Assembly (NCBI GenBank): GCA_963693365.1
Contig: CAVNZM010000049.1
Coordinates: 1 to 28,670 of the forward strand
Length of the DNA: 28,670 nt
Direction of reading: 5' to 3'
DNA from: Amoebidium appalachense
Taxonomy: Eukaryota > Protista > Ichthyosporea
Shown here: piece after piece, positions 1 to 26,409 of the stretch
Layout: each line of letters begins with the position of its first letter
How positions within the stretch are numbered: position 1 is the stretch's first letter
Translations under genes and position numbers: made by a program
Notes under the pieces: generated by a model
The model's database searches: none
What the model was told of the DNA's origin: nothing
What the model saw: only the letters and a program-made list of their open reading frames with translations

Positions 1-2256
<2,256 letters not shown>

Positions 2257-3088
2257 CGTCACACAGCTGCCCAGCCACCGTCGGGGTGGGAGGGTACATA
2301 GAGCCAGGGTGGGGCCAGCGGATGGCTGCCTTTCAACCAGGCGGCTGCTATGGGCCGGCACTGTGTGCATGGGCCGTGGCGGGGGCAAGCACGTGCACAT
2401 GGCAGGCGCGAGGGCCCTAGGTTTGGTAATGCCCGGTGGCCTGCAAGGTGGCCCATGTGCGTATTAGAGGCCCGGCCGTAGACACATATATAGGGGGTGG
2501 ACACTGGGCCATGGTCTGTGCTGGTCACGGATTGGCTGGCTGGTGTGTAGGCATGTGCCGGCATGCCTTTGCCTACCCGGTATTGCACAATACAAAAACC
2601 AACCACGTCTACGCCGCAATCCCCTGGGCCCTCCTCCCCTCACCGCAGCGGGAAAAAAAAAAACTAAGAAAAAAACAAACAAAACAACCCCCCCCCCCCC
2701 CCCCCCCCCCAATGAACGTCTCACTCCACCCCTACTACCCTTCCTCCCCTCCCCCTAATTATGTTGCACACTGCGCTGGTTAACGTTGCTGATATTGCAT
2801 CATGCATGTTTGCTTCTGCCTGTGTCTTGCAATTCGACAGCCACCGTTTCTCATACACATCGGGTAGCTGCTAGTTGTACTACGTACCGTGACACTTCCA
2901 CATTCTAACCCACGTGCACCCTCCCCCATCCCACCACAACGGTTAACGTTACCATGCACACAACAGAAGCAGCCTTGTTTGGCATAGTAGGCTGGCGCTC
3001 AGGTCGTGTTTGGAACTTGTGTGCGATTTATACCATGTCTGTATAACTGACGGCACAGCCAGCAATTACAAACGGACAATGGTGGCGG

Positions 3089-3127
<39 letters not shown>

Positions 3128-3346
3128 GGGGGAAGGGGGGCTGCACATGCAGTGAATGCCGGGCACTTCATGCAGTCCAACGGCCGCTCATTTGCATAAC
3201 ATGGCCCAGTCTGCCCTAAGGACTCTGGAATGTGCAACGACTGGGGCACGTGACATAGTTGGATGGTCGAGCTGGGCTCAACCATGCATTTATTATTTGT
3301 GGTTTTCTTTTGTTTTATGTATGTTTTCTCTCTTTTGATTTTAAGT

Positions 3347-3392
<46 letters not shown>

Positions 3393-3455
3393 GACGATGC
3401 CTGCGGCTGGCCAAGGCCCAGCAAGGCATATACACTCGAGTGCAGACACATACAC

Positions 3456-3521
<66 letters not shown>

Positions 3522-3669
3522 ACGCACACGCACACGCACACGCACACGCACACGCACACGCACACGCACACGCACACGCACACGCACACACCAGAGACCA
3601 CCATTACACTGCATGAGCACAGACACACCCATGCATGCATGCAGCAGTGCCGTCAGTCGTCGAGGAAAC

Positions 3670-8280
<4,611 letters not shown>

Positions 8281-8337
8281 GGCTGCGGATTCGTGACGCC
8301 CTCCAGCTCGTTGCTTTGCTCTACGTATATACACTGT

Positions 8338-8386
<49 letters not shown>

Positions 8387-8507
8387 TGTGTGTGTGTGCG
8401 CGCGCGTGTGTGTACAGCAATAACAATTGCAACAAAAAGGTGTCGTTTGGCCGCCGGTGCTCCGTGTCGACGTCCGGTGACTGCGCGCAAGCAAGGCCTA
8501 CGTCATC
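8281..8507. promoter_or_regulatory. Putative bidirectional promoter between ZC3H3 (-) and gene 3 (+)
   Basis: 227 bp between divergent ATGs (8280 and predicted 8508), with a (GT)n tract and a CpG-rich stretch at 8440-8505. Depends on the gene 3 start prediction. Confidence 0.45.
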
Positions 8508-10637
8508 ATGGCAGTCTTGGGATATGCCGACTCAGCGATCGGACCCGTTCACAAGCTCCCATGTAATGTATATATGATGCTGCTGGGTAGGGCTAAGAGC
8601 TAAGGTTGGACCAAGCATAGTGCGTTGCGTCGTGCTTGCCAGTGCCAGGAGCAACCAGCGGCCAATACGTGCGTCCCCTCCCCAGTGCCAGGCAAACCCC
8701 CCCCCCCCCCCCCCCCCCCCACCCCACAAACACACACACGCACACGCACAACCACCACCACCCGTACCCCCCCTTCCAAAAACCCCAAGAAAATATAAAG
8801 CGCACGTCCCGTGTCAGCTTCAAATGACTTCCAGTTCGCACACACACCGGCACCGAAGAGGTACACTCACAGCTTGGTGCGCAAGGGGGCCAGCCCCAAC
8901 ACTTGTGGCCTCTAACTACTCTCCGTCCTCCACTGTTTTCTGTACTTTGCTGGCCCATCACTTGCATGTTGTGGGTAAAGGGTTAAACCACGATGTGTTA
9001 TGGGTAGTTGTTAACGCATGGTGGGTAGGTAGCCAAGCCGCAGTTTGAAGCGGATGAAAACAAACCCCCATCAATTACCCTCTAAAAAGGGAACTCAACC
9101 TCTACCCTAATTGCTTATGCCTGGATATATTGCAACACGAGCACACAGGCACATACAAAAAAATCTACCCCCCCTCTTTCCCCGCTCCCCTTTTCTCCCA
9201 GTTGGCCACTCTCTATGTACGCATTCCACTTGTCGGTTGTGCAGTCTCCACTCGATGTTGGCAAGCAGTCAAGTCTGACCTTTTTGAGGTCTATAGAAGC
9301 CACCTGCAGTTTTCCACATTAGTTAGGTTTCACTGCTCTCCCAACTATTCCTTTTCCTTTTTGCTTCTGCCCCCTCCCCCCCCCCCCCCCCCCCCTCCCA
9401 AGCCTATGCCTTTTTTGCGTGCCTGCCTCACCGGGCATGCCCTCACGCAGTGACCCAGTAGCGCCTCCACCTTGGCTGCTATTGGCCGGACTGCTGTGTC
9501 TGCAGGGCAAGGGGCCATGGCTCTGGCCGAGTTTGTGCAGGAGCTCAAGTCGTGGGCTGCTGACCCGGCCAACGACTATGGGTATGCTCCCCTGTTCTTT
9601 TCACCCCTGCCCAGCTCAACCCCCCCCCCCCCCCCCCTTTTTTTTTTTTCACCTATTGCCGTTGAAACAAGGGTTGGCCTCGGTATCACACACTACCTCA
9701 CCTATTGCTGCTGGAACAAAGGACGGGGAGCCGAGCTCTACACGACTATCGCCAAGCAACTTTTGCTGCCCCCCCCCCCCCCCCAAGACGCAATTGATGA
9801 CTTGGGCCCTCCCTGAGGATGGGCTCTGCTTATGACGCATACTGTGCGCATGGCTGATGTTGCATACTTGAATGTTGCCTTTGCATGTGTCCTTCGTGTA
9901 TGCGTACTTCGTACCGTGTTCCGCATTCAAACCCCCCCCCCGCCCCCCTTCCCCCCCTCTCTGCATGGGTCAAAACTCAGGTACTGTGGATGATGTGGTC
10001 GCCCCCTGAAGATGGGCTCTGCATATTATGCATACTCTGTGTGTGGTTTGCACTCTGCGTTGTGTTGTCCGTTATCTTGTGTACTTGGTACTTTATGACG
10101 CATTCAACCCCCCCCCCCCCCCTGAGGATGGGCTCTGCTTATTATGCATACTCTTTATGTATCATATTGCACTCTGCATCGTGTTATCCGTTGTTCTTGT
10201 GTACTTGGTACTTTATGACGCATTCACCCCCCCCCCCCCCCCAAAAAAAAAAAAAAAAAATAAAAATAAAAAAATAAAGAAAGAAGAAAAAAAGGAAGAA
10301 AGGAAAGAAAGGGGCTTTTTTGTAGATACATGACATCCAAAAAACTATCAAGCAAATTTGCTTGGAGAAGGACATGCATGTGCCCTTCACATACAGAGTT
10401 GAAACTAAGGGCATGCATGTGTCTGCACAGACCACAGCCATGTTCCATGCAACTGCCAGGCATGCAGCTGTGAAAGCACTTTTGCACATGCACTGACCAG
10501 CTCTCTCCCTAGGCCTGGGGCCGGCAGTCTGTGCCTGCAGCTAGAGCAGCTGAAGGCCGAGGCGCAGGACACCCCCCTGGTGCTGGCTGCAAGGCACCAG
10601 CAGGCGGCAGCATACCGGGCGGCCGTGCTTGCACTTG
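8508..10637 (+). CDS. Gene 3, 5' exons only (copy truncated by the duplication junction; may splice in frame onto purN exons)
   Basis: Predicted phase-consistent exons 8508-8562, 8643-8668, 8818-9024, 9202-9326, 9459-9581 and 10513-10637. The last two (…[63 protein letters not shown]) have strong sites (GTATGC; CTGAC..CCCTAG; GTAACA). The first four are more tentative. Confidence 0.55.
9790..10227 (+). repeat. Head-to-tail trimer of the intronic repeat family (one alpha, two beta units) separated by poly-C
   Basis: CCTGA(G/A)GATGGGCTCTGC heads at 9812, 10005 and 10121. Each unit ends GTAC..CGCATTCA(A)(C)n. Duplicate copy at ~20826-21263. Confidence 0.85.
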
Positions 10638-10978
10638 GTAACATGCCAGCACCCTGGTACCCATGCACACTCATACTCGCATGTTAATCCGCCAGCATGC
10701 AAGGTTCCCATGCTCTGACCAAGACGCACGGCGGGTCTGTATGCCACCCTTTTCTTTTGCTATCCAAGCAATTATTTCTGAGGATCCGCTAGAGGCAATA
10801 CAGAGACTCTTGTACAAGCAGAACTCTTGCCCGAGAGTAAGGGTTGAAGAAAGTGTTCGTTTCCCTCTTGTATGTGTGCGCACTGCATGGGGCCGGGGTT
10901 AGAGCAGCCCAGTCCTGTGAACTCTTGTCACGTGCGCACTGGTGCTGACACTCGCACTGGTGCTGACACTCTCCCCAG

Positions 10979-13280
<2,302 letters not shown>

Positions 13281-13712
13281 CGTCACACAGCTGCCCAGCC
13301 ACCGTCGGGGTGGGAGGGTACATAGAGCCAGGGTGGGGCCAGCGGATGGCTGCCTTTCAACCAGGCGGCTGCTATGGGCCGGCACTGTGTGCATGGGCCG
13401 TGGCGGGGGCAAGCACGTGCACATGGCAGGCGCGTGGGCCCTAGGTTTGGTAATGCCCGGTGGCCTGCAAGGTGGCCCATGTGCGTATTAGAGGCCCGGC
13501 CGTAGACACATATATAGGGGGTGGACACTGGGCCATGGTCTGTGCTGGTCACGGATTGGCTGGCTGGTGTGTAGGCATGTGCCGGCATGCCTTTGCCTAC
13601 CCGGTATTGCACAATACAAAAACCAACCACGTCTACGCCGCAATCCCCTGGGCCCTCCTCCCCTCACCGCAGCGGGAAAAAAAAAAAACTAAGAAAAAAA
13701 CAAACAAAACAA

Positions 13713-13743
<31 letters not shown>

Positions 13744-14121
13744 AACGTCTCACTCCACCCCTACTACCCTTCCTCCCCTCCCCCTAATTATGTTGCACAC
13801 TGCGCTGGTTAACGTTGCTGATATTGCATCATGCATGTTTGCTTCTGCCTGTGTCTTGCAATTCGACAGCCACCGTTTCTCATACACATCGGGTAGCTGC
13901 TAGTTGTACTACGTACCGTGACACTTCCACATTCTAACCCACGTGCACCCTCCCCCATCCCACCACAACGGTTAACGTTACCATGCACACAACAGAAGCA
14001 GCCTTGTTTGGCATAGTAGGCTGGCGCTCAGGTCGTGTTTGGAACTTGTGTGCGATTTATACCATGTCTGTATAACTGACGGCACAGCCAGCAATTACAA
14101 ACGGACAATGGTGGCGGTACG

Positions 14122-14158
<37 letters not shown>

Positions 14159-14377
14159 GGGGGAAGGGGGGCTGCACATGCAGTGAATGCCGGGCACTTC
14201 ATGCAGTCCAACGGCCGCTCATTTGCATAACATGGCCCAGTCTGCCCTAAGGACTCTGGAATGTGCAACGACTGGGGCACGTGACATAGTTGGATGGTCG
14301 AGCTGGGCTCAACCATGCATTTATTATTTGTGGTTTTCTTTTGTTTTATGTATGTTTTCTCTCTTTTGATTTTAAGT

Positions 14378-14425
<48 letters not shown>

Positions 14426-14488
14426 GACGATGCCTGCGGCTGGCCAAGGCCCAGCAAGGCATATACACTCGAGTGCAGACACATACAC

Positions 14489-14544
<56 letters not shown>

Positions 14545-14696
14545 AGGGGGCACACGCACACGCACACGCACACGCACACGCACACGCACACGCACACGCA
14601 CACGCACACGCACACGCACACGCACACGCACACACCAGAGACCACCATTACACTGCATGAGCACAGACACACCCATGCATGCATGCAGCAGTGCCG

Positions 14697-19317
<4,621 letters not shown>

Positions 19318-19374
19318 GGCTGCGGATTCGTGACGCCCTCCAGCTCGTTGCTTTGCTCTACGTATATACACTGT

Positions 19375-19421
<47 letters not shown>

Positions 19422-19542
19422 TGTGTGTGTGTGCGCGCGCGTGTGTGTACAGCAATAACAATTGCAACAAAAAGGTGTCGTTTGGCCGCCGGTGCTCCGT
19501 GTCGACGTCCGGTGACTGCGCGCAAGCAAGGCCTACGTCATC

Positions 19543-22500
19543 ATGGCAGTCTTGGGATATGCCGACTCAGCGATCGGACCCGTTCACAAGCTCCCATGTA
19601 ATGTATATATGATGCTGCTGGGTAGGGCTAAGAGCTAAGGTTGGACCAAGCATAGTGCGTTGCGTCGTGCTTGCCAGTGCCAGGAGCAACCAGCGGCCAA
19701 TACGTGCGTCCCCTCCCCAGTGCCAGGCAAACCCCCCCCCCCCCCCCCCCCCCCACCCCACAAACACACACACGCACACGCACAACCACCACCACCCGTA
19801 CCCCCCCTTCCAAAAACCCCAAGAAAATATAAAGCGCACGTCCCGTGTCAGCTTCAAATGACTTCCAGTTCGCACACACACCGGCACCGAAGAGGTACAC
19901 TCACAGCTTGGTGCGCAAGGGGGCCAGCCCCAACACTTGTGGCCTCTAACTACTCTCCGTCCTCCACTGTTTTCTGTACTTTGCTGGCCCATCACTTGCA
20001 TGTTGTGGGTAAAGGGTTAAACCACGATGTGTTATGGGTAGTTGTTAACGCATGGTGGGTAGGTAGCCAAGCCGCAGTTTGAAGCGGATGAAAACAAACC
20101 CCCATCAATTACCCTCTAAAAAGGGAACTCAACCTCTACCCTAATTGCTTATGCCTGGATATATTGCAACACGAGCACACAGGCACATACAAAAAATCTA
20201 CCCCCCCTCTTTCCCCGCTCCCCTTTTCTCCCAGTTGGCCACTCTCTATGTACGCATCCCACTTGTCGGTTGTGCAGTCTCCACTCGATGTTGGCAAGCA
20301 GTCAAGTCTGACCTTTTTGAGGTCTATAGAAGCCACCTGCAGTTTTCCACATTAGTTAGGTTTCACTGCTCTCCCAACTATTCCTTTTCCTTTTTGCTTC
20401 TGCCCCCTCCCCCCCCCCCCCCCCCCCCCTCCCAAGCCTATGCCTTTTTTGCGTGCCTGCCTCACCGGGCATGCCCTCACGCAGTGACCCAGTAGCGCCT
20501 CCACCTTGGCTGCTATTGGCCGGACTGCTGTGTCTGCAGGGCAAGGGGCCATGGCTCTGGCCGAGTTTGTGCAGGAGCTCAAGTCGTGGGCTGCTGACCC
20601 GGCCAACGACTATGGGTATGCTCCCCTGTTCTTTTCACCCCTGCCCAGCTCAACCCCCCCCCCCCCCCCCCCTTTTTTTTTTTCACCTATTGCCGTTGAA
20701 ACAAGGGTTGGCCTCGGTATCACACACTACCTCACCTATTGCTGCTGGAACAAAGGACGGGGAGCCGAGCTCTACACGACTATCGCCAAGCAACTTTTGC
20801 TGCCCCCCCCCCCCCCCAAGACGCAATTGATGACTTGGGCCCTCCCTGAGGATGGGCTCTGCTTATGACGCATACTGTGCGCATGGCTGATGTTGCATAC
20901 TTGAATGTTGCCTTTGCATGTGTCCTTCGTGTATGCGTACTTCGTACCGTGTTCCGCATTCAAACCCCCCCCCCGCCCCCCTTCCCCCCCTCTCTGCATG
21001 GGTCAAAACTCAGGTACTGTGGATGATGTGGTCGCCCCCTGAAGATGGGCTCTGCATATTATGCATACTCTGTGTGTGGTTTGCACTCTGCGTTGTGTTG
21101 TCCGTTATCTTGTGTACTTGGTACTTTATGACGCATCCAACCCCCCCCCCCCCCCCCTGAGGATGGGCTCTGCTTATTATGCATACTCTTTATGTATCAT
21201 ATTGCACTCTGCATCGTGTTATCCGTTGTTCTTGTGTACTTGGTACTTTATGACGCATTCACCCCCCCCCCCCCCCCAAAAAAAAAAAAAAAAAATAAAA
21301 ATAAAAAAATAAAGAAAGAAGAAAAAAGGAAGAAAGGAAAGAAAGGGGCTTTTTTGTAGATACATGACATCCAAAAAACTATCAAGCAAATTTGCTTGGA
21401 GAAGGACATGCATGTGCCCTTCACATACAGAGTTGAAACTAAGGGCATGCATGTGTCTGCACAGACCACAGCCATGTTCCATGCAACTGCCAGGCATGCA
21501 GCTGTGAAAGCACTTTTGCACATGCACTGACCAGCTCTCTCCCTAGGCCTGGGGCCGGCAGTCTGTGCCTGCAGCTAGAGCAGCTGAAGGCCGAGGCGCA
21601 GGACACCCCCCTGGTGCTGGCTGCAAGGCACCAGCAGGCGGCAGCATACCGGGCGGCCGTGCTTGCACTTGGTAACATGCCAGCACCCTGGTACCCATGC
21701 ACACTCATACTCGCATGTTAATCCGCCAGCATGCAAGGTTCCCATGCTCTGACCAAGACGCACGGCGGGTCTGTATGCCACCCTTTTCTTTTGCTATCCA
21801 AGCAATTATTTCTGAGGATCCGCTAGAGGCAATACAGAGACTCTTGTACAAGCAGAACTCTTGCCCGAGAGTAAGGGTTGAAGAAAGTGTTCGTTTCCCT
21901 CTTGTATGTGTGCGCACTGCATGGGGCCGGGGTTAGAGCAGCCCAGTCCTGTGAAGTGTGGTGAGCTTTGCCCAAATTAAGTCAGAGCAAGCTTGGCCCG
22001 TCAAAGAATATTTCAAATACCTCAGGGACGCCAAGTGTCGACAAGTCAAGAGTAGCCTGATGCTCTGATCTAGTGGCCCAGAGTTCCTATGCAATTGGCA
22101 CTAGCACTGACCAGGCCAGGTGCAGAGCGAGACCGGGCGGTGCTGGAGGCTGAGGCGCAGCAACTGCAGCGGCAGCATGAGCACGGCAGGGCCCAGGCGG
22201 CACGCCAGCGGCAGTGCGACACACTGGCTGGTATGCTGGCTCAGCTGCCTGATGCTGACGGCCTGGACAGGTGTGTGGTGGCCCGGGAATGGAATGGGCA
22301 CTCTGCTGGTGGGCTTGTGGGGTCGCCTGTAATTGAAATGGTGTTAATGAACACTGCCACACACACACATTCATGGGACACAAACATATGCTGTTGCACA
22401 CTAGCTGCACAGTTCTATGAACGCACACATGCACACACGCACGTACACAAACACGGACACATACATACACAATAACGCACTTGTGCACACACACGCATAG

Positions 22501-24033
22501 TATTACATGCAAACAGCTACACACAACCTCCCCAAAGCAGCCGCACGTTCACACACATTCTGCCTGTCATACTCATTCCTTTTGCAACTACGCCTGCAGA
22601 CCCATGGTTGCCCAGTCACATACCTGCCGCACAGTTAACCACCAACCCCCATCACTGGCGGCACACGTAAAATTTTATGCATGTTTACATACTGCTGCTT
22701 CCGACCACCCCTGAAGTACAGTAGCACATTATGATATAGACCAGGTAGCACATGTAGACAGTATGACGTAGGAAAAACCGAGGCATGTCTGGTTTGTGAC
22801 ATCTACTATAGTACCCTTGCTAGGCAGCATTCCAGGAGTTTGAGACAGTCAGTTATACAATGTGAAAGAAGCATGTTCTTTTCATTTCCTCTTGTTGCCC
22901 TCCAAATTCATGCACTCATATGTGCAAGTCACACACTTACAAGTGGACATATACACATACACGAACACGAGAAGCACAAACACATGCGTGCTACATGCAG
23001 CCTCGCCTACACAGGCACGTGTTCATGTTCACCCCGCCATAGTACGCCAATGCCAATATGCAACCACACATGCAAAGCTCTGGCTAACAGCCCAAGCCAT
23101 GCCCACACACTTGCCGCCCAGTTGAGCACCATCCTGCACCATTCAAACACACAAAGCTCATACCTTGCACCTGCGATAGCCTCCGACCACCACACAAGTA
23201 GCACAATAGAGAGTATGCACGCAACATGTCCGAGTCTGCTTTGTGACATCTACCCTTACTACTGTATGCAGCCTTGCGGCAGCTTGGGAAAATGTTGGTG
23301 AAGGGGGACGCATATTCTTACACAGTTCTTCTTTTGGTCCTGCCGAATCAGCAAAGTATGCAACTTGCGGCGGGACATAGCCAGTTTGCAGTTGGACAAA
23401 GCAAGAAATGCGCAGACTCTCAGCCAACGCCAAGCCCAGGTCAGTGCCTTGTGACCCTTTTGCAATCCGTCCTGTTTGCTCCCAAGCTGCTGTCCTAGGA
23501 TGTGCACAGCATCTACTCATTTATCAAGCTGTTTTTTGGTTGGCCTGCTACAGTTGCGACCGCTAATGTGAGTAATGACATCTGTAACCGTTGATGTCAA
23601 AACCAGGGCACAGAACTTGCAAGCGATTCCCCACAAGGGAAGCAGCAATACCATTCAACCTTTTTTTCCACCAGTGTGGTCATGCACCGGAATCTCATTT
23701 TTTTTCCACTCAGCTGGCATGTTTGCTTCAAGGCGCCTGTGAGCTCAAGCAACATTTTGCAAAGGAGGCACAGCCTGTAGCGCAAGCAGTGGAAGGGCCT
23801 ACTGGTAGCCAGCAAAGAGACGATGGTAAGTGCTGCCACAGCATGCAGGGATCACAAACACACATCAATGCATTGGGCAAAGTTCCTGCAAAGTGCAGGC
23901 TCTTATATAACATAGACTTTCAACAGTTCACCAAGTAGATCGACCTGTGCAGGCCTGCTACGTGAATATTAATACCGTGATGGCCTAATCAGGAAGACTT
24001 GACGGATTCAGTCAGATACGTCTCTCTCTCCCC

Positions 24034-24086
<53 letters not shown>

Positions 24087-24160
24087 GCAGACCGAAATTC
24101 ACCTTTTGCAGGGGGGCCGGGGTCGGGGAGGGGGCGGGCTGGGCGGGCCCGTTGCGGGCG

Positions 24161-24217
<57 letters not shown>

Positions 24218-25290
24218 GGGATTCCTGTGGCTCCATGCATTTTTTAGCCCGACCCAAAGTGACCGATTGGAACAAAAATGCGTATTTCTGTCCGAAACCA
24301 ATCAAGAAGTCATTTACGTCATAAATTGACAAATGTGGCTACTTTTGGATATCTGTTAATTCAATGGGGTCACACCAAGCGGAATCGGCGAAACACAAGT
24401 GAAACCATCCCAGTGGATGGTTGGCGCCGGCTAGAACTCCTCGGTATTGTTTGTGAAAAAAATGCATACAGCGTTTTTTTTTAACCTGTTCATACCGGCA
24501 AATTTCCCAAGATCGAGATCGAGGTCTCACTTTTCGACATGACCAAGTTTGTGCTCTAATGTGAGCATGACGTTGATAAGAACTAGCCAAATAAAATTTG
24601 CACGAGACTAAAATGCACGTTTGTCCTTCGTTTTATGCAAAAAAAAAAAAAATTGAATATTGTCTAGCACACAATACCTTGTATATATATCTAACTATGA
24701 GGGTTGCCGGCTTGACGACATCCAAATGTCGTCAATGCAAACATCTGATTGGACCAATTTGTGAATGGCAGAATATGATTGGTCGATTCAGTCACATTCG
24801 ATGGCAGCTCCCAAATTTTCTCAGAATCTCGAAAGTGACTTCAAAAACAGATACAAACGTATACAAAATAATGTTATTTTTCCCGAACCAACTTAGAAAC
24901 ATAAGTAGGTAAGACTTATACCTGTCGATATATACAATGTATTTGAGCTTTTTCTATTGATCTTGAGCTGCAATAGAGTTGTTTAGAGCCAGTCGGGTCC
25001 CGACCAAATCAATTTAGTGCCGGCCCGAAGAGGGTAAAAAGAGGTGTAGCAATATTATGTGAGACGCATGAGCCTCGTGGTCTATAGGTGATCTTGACAA
25101 TTCACGGGTTGTTTGGTCTGGCCTGGTCTTGCTACTGACCTGACTCTCTGTCACGTCCTCAGATATGCAACTTGACGGAAGAGAGGAGGGTGAGGTGGAG
25201 GAGGATGATAATGCTGGCTGTGGTTTTGATCCATCATTGGATAGTGCTCCGCGCCGGGGATCCACAGTTCACCGACCAGCCGGGGTATAA
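19543..25290 (+). CDS. Gene 3: uncharacterised protein with a coiled-coil-like C-terminal half and an acidic tail (~379 aa, or 222 aa from the Met at 20551)
   Basis: Phase-consistent exons 19543-19597, 19678-19703, 19852-20058, 20235-20359, 20493-20615, 21547-21671, 22120-22270 ([25 protein letters not shown]...), 23352-23439 ([29 protein letters not shown]), 23714-23825 ([20 protein letters not shown]..., donor GTAAGT) and 25163-25290 ([15 protein letters not shown]...AGV*). I recognise no family. Confidence 0.6.
24038..24216. repeat. Two (TA)n tracts enclosing a 78-bp G-rich segment
   Basis: TA at 24038-24084 and 24163-24216. The core at 24085-24162 has at least 7 runs of GGG or longer. 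Confidence 0.9.
24481..25037. mobile_element. Possible degenerate piggyBac-type non-autonomous element (MITE)
   Basis: Left end TTAACCTGTTCATACCGGCA versus the reverse complement of the right end TTACCCTCTTCGGGCCGGCA (15/20). Subterminal palindrome GTCGGG-T-CCCGAC at 24992-25004. AT-rich interior with no recognisable coding sequence, inside an intron. Confidence 0.35.
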
Positions 25291-25649
25291 GTGTCGCAGT
25301 TCTGACAGTGATGATGACAGGCTCATTTCTAAGAGGCGCAACGCTGCCACTGTGACAGTGTACCATGCATTTCTGAGCCACCTTCTTGGAACTACGCACA
25401 GGTTATCGGTTATCTGGATATGTGATCACTGAACTTCGCTATGGGCATGATAATATTTTGTTGCCTGGCTTACAGGAAGTGGCTGAAATAATGACAAGTG
25501 CCAGTGTATGGAATAGAGTATACAAATGATATATTCCTGGGTCATACTATCTCACTGAGTACTACACTAGTGTTCCTATTTTTTGCTGTTCCATTATTTC
25601 TTTCGGTGGTGCTGGTGGGGTGTTGGGGGAGAAACTTTAAGGGTGGAGG

Positions 25650-25714
<65 letters not shown>

Positions 25715-26376
25715 GGGGGGGGGGGGAGGGGGGAGGCAACAACAGGGTATTTGCCAGGTTTAGTGATGCCTGATGAACAGGTATTTGCCGGGTTTGCTGA
25801 TAGCTATCAGGCAAAGATTTGTCCTAGAACCTCGGCCACTGTAAGCCTGTTACACATGCAAAAAGTACGGCCATAACTGTGCAACAACTTTAACTGTCAA
25901 CGTCAGGTCATTTGTCCACGCCTGGTTTACTACTAAATAAACCGCCATTCGGGCGAAGAATTGCACGCCATGGAGCTAGACTGGCTTGAGCTAAAGCCAG
26001 CCTGTTATATATATATGCAAACAGCATGTACTTTAGCCGTGCGGGTACTGACACTGAAGCAAAAATGAAACAACACACCTTCCATCATGATGGTGTACAT
26101 AGGCTACCTCAGTCTACCTTTATTAATACCGAATACTATGATGTAAGCCCCCGCCCCCCTCCCCCCCCCCCCCCCTTTGTTGCAGGCCAAAGTGTCGTCC
26201 AGGCCAAAGTGTTGTCATCTCTAATTAAAATCCAGGTCGTCAAATTTGACTGATCTAGGGTGAATATCGGGCAGGCCAAAATGCACCCCCTCCCCCCCCC
26301 CCCCTCCCCCCCTACGACCCTGGGTGACAGGGGGGTCAGAGGGTTTGTATGTGGTGGGAGAAACACAGTGTGGGTG

Positions 26377-26409
<33 letters not shown>

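Noticed and set aside
9517-9581. HAUS5-like N-terminus (ELKSWA versus ELGCWA)
   Set aside because: The resemblance is only a few residues, downstream sequence does not match, and this Met is probably internal.
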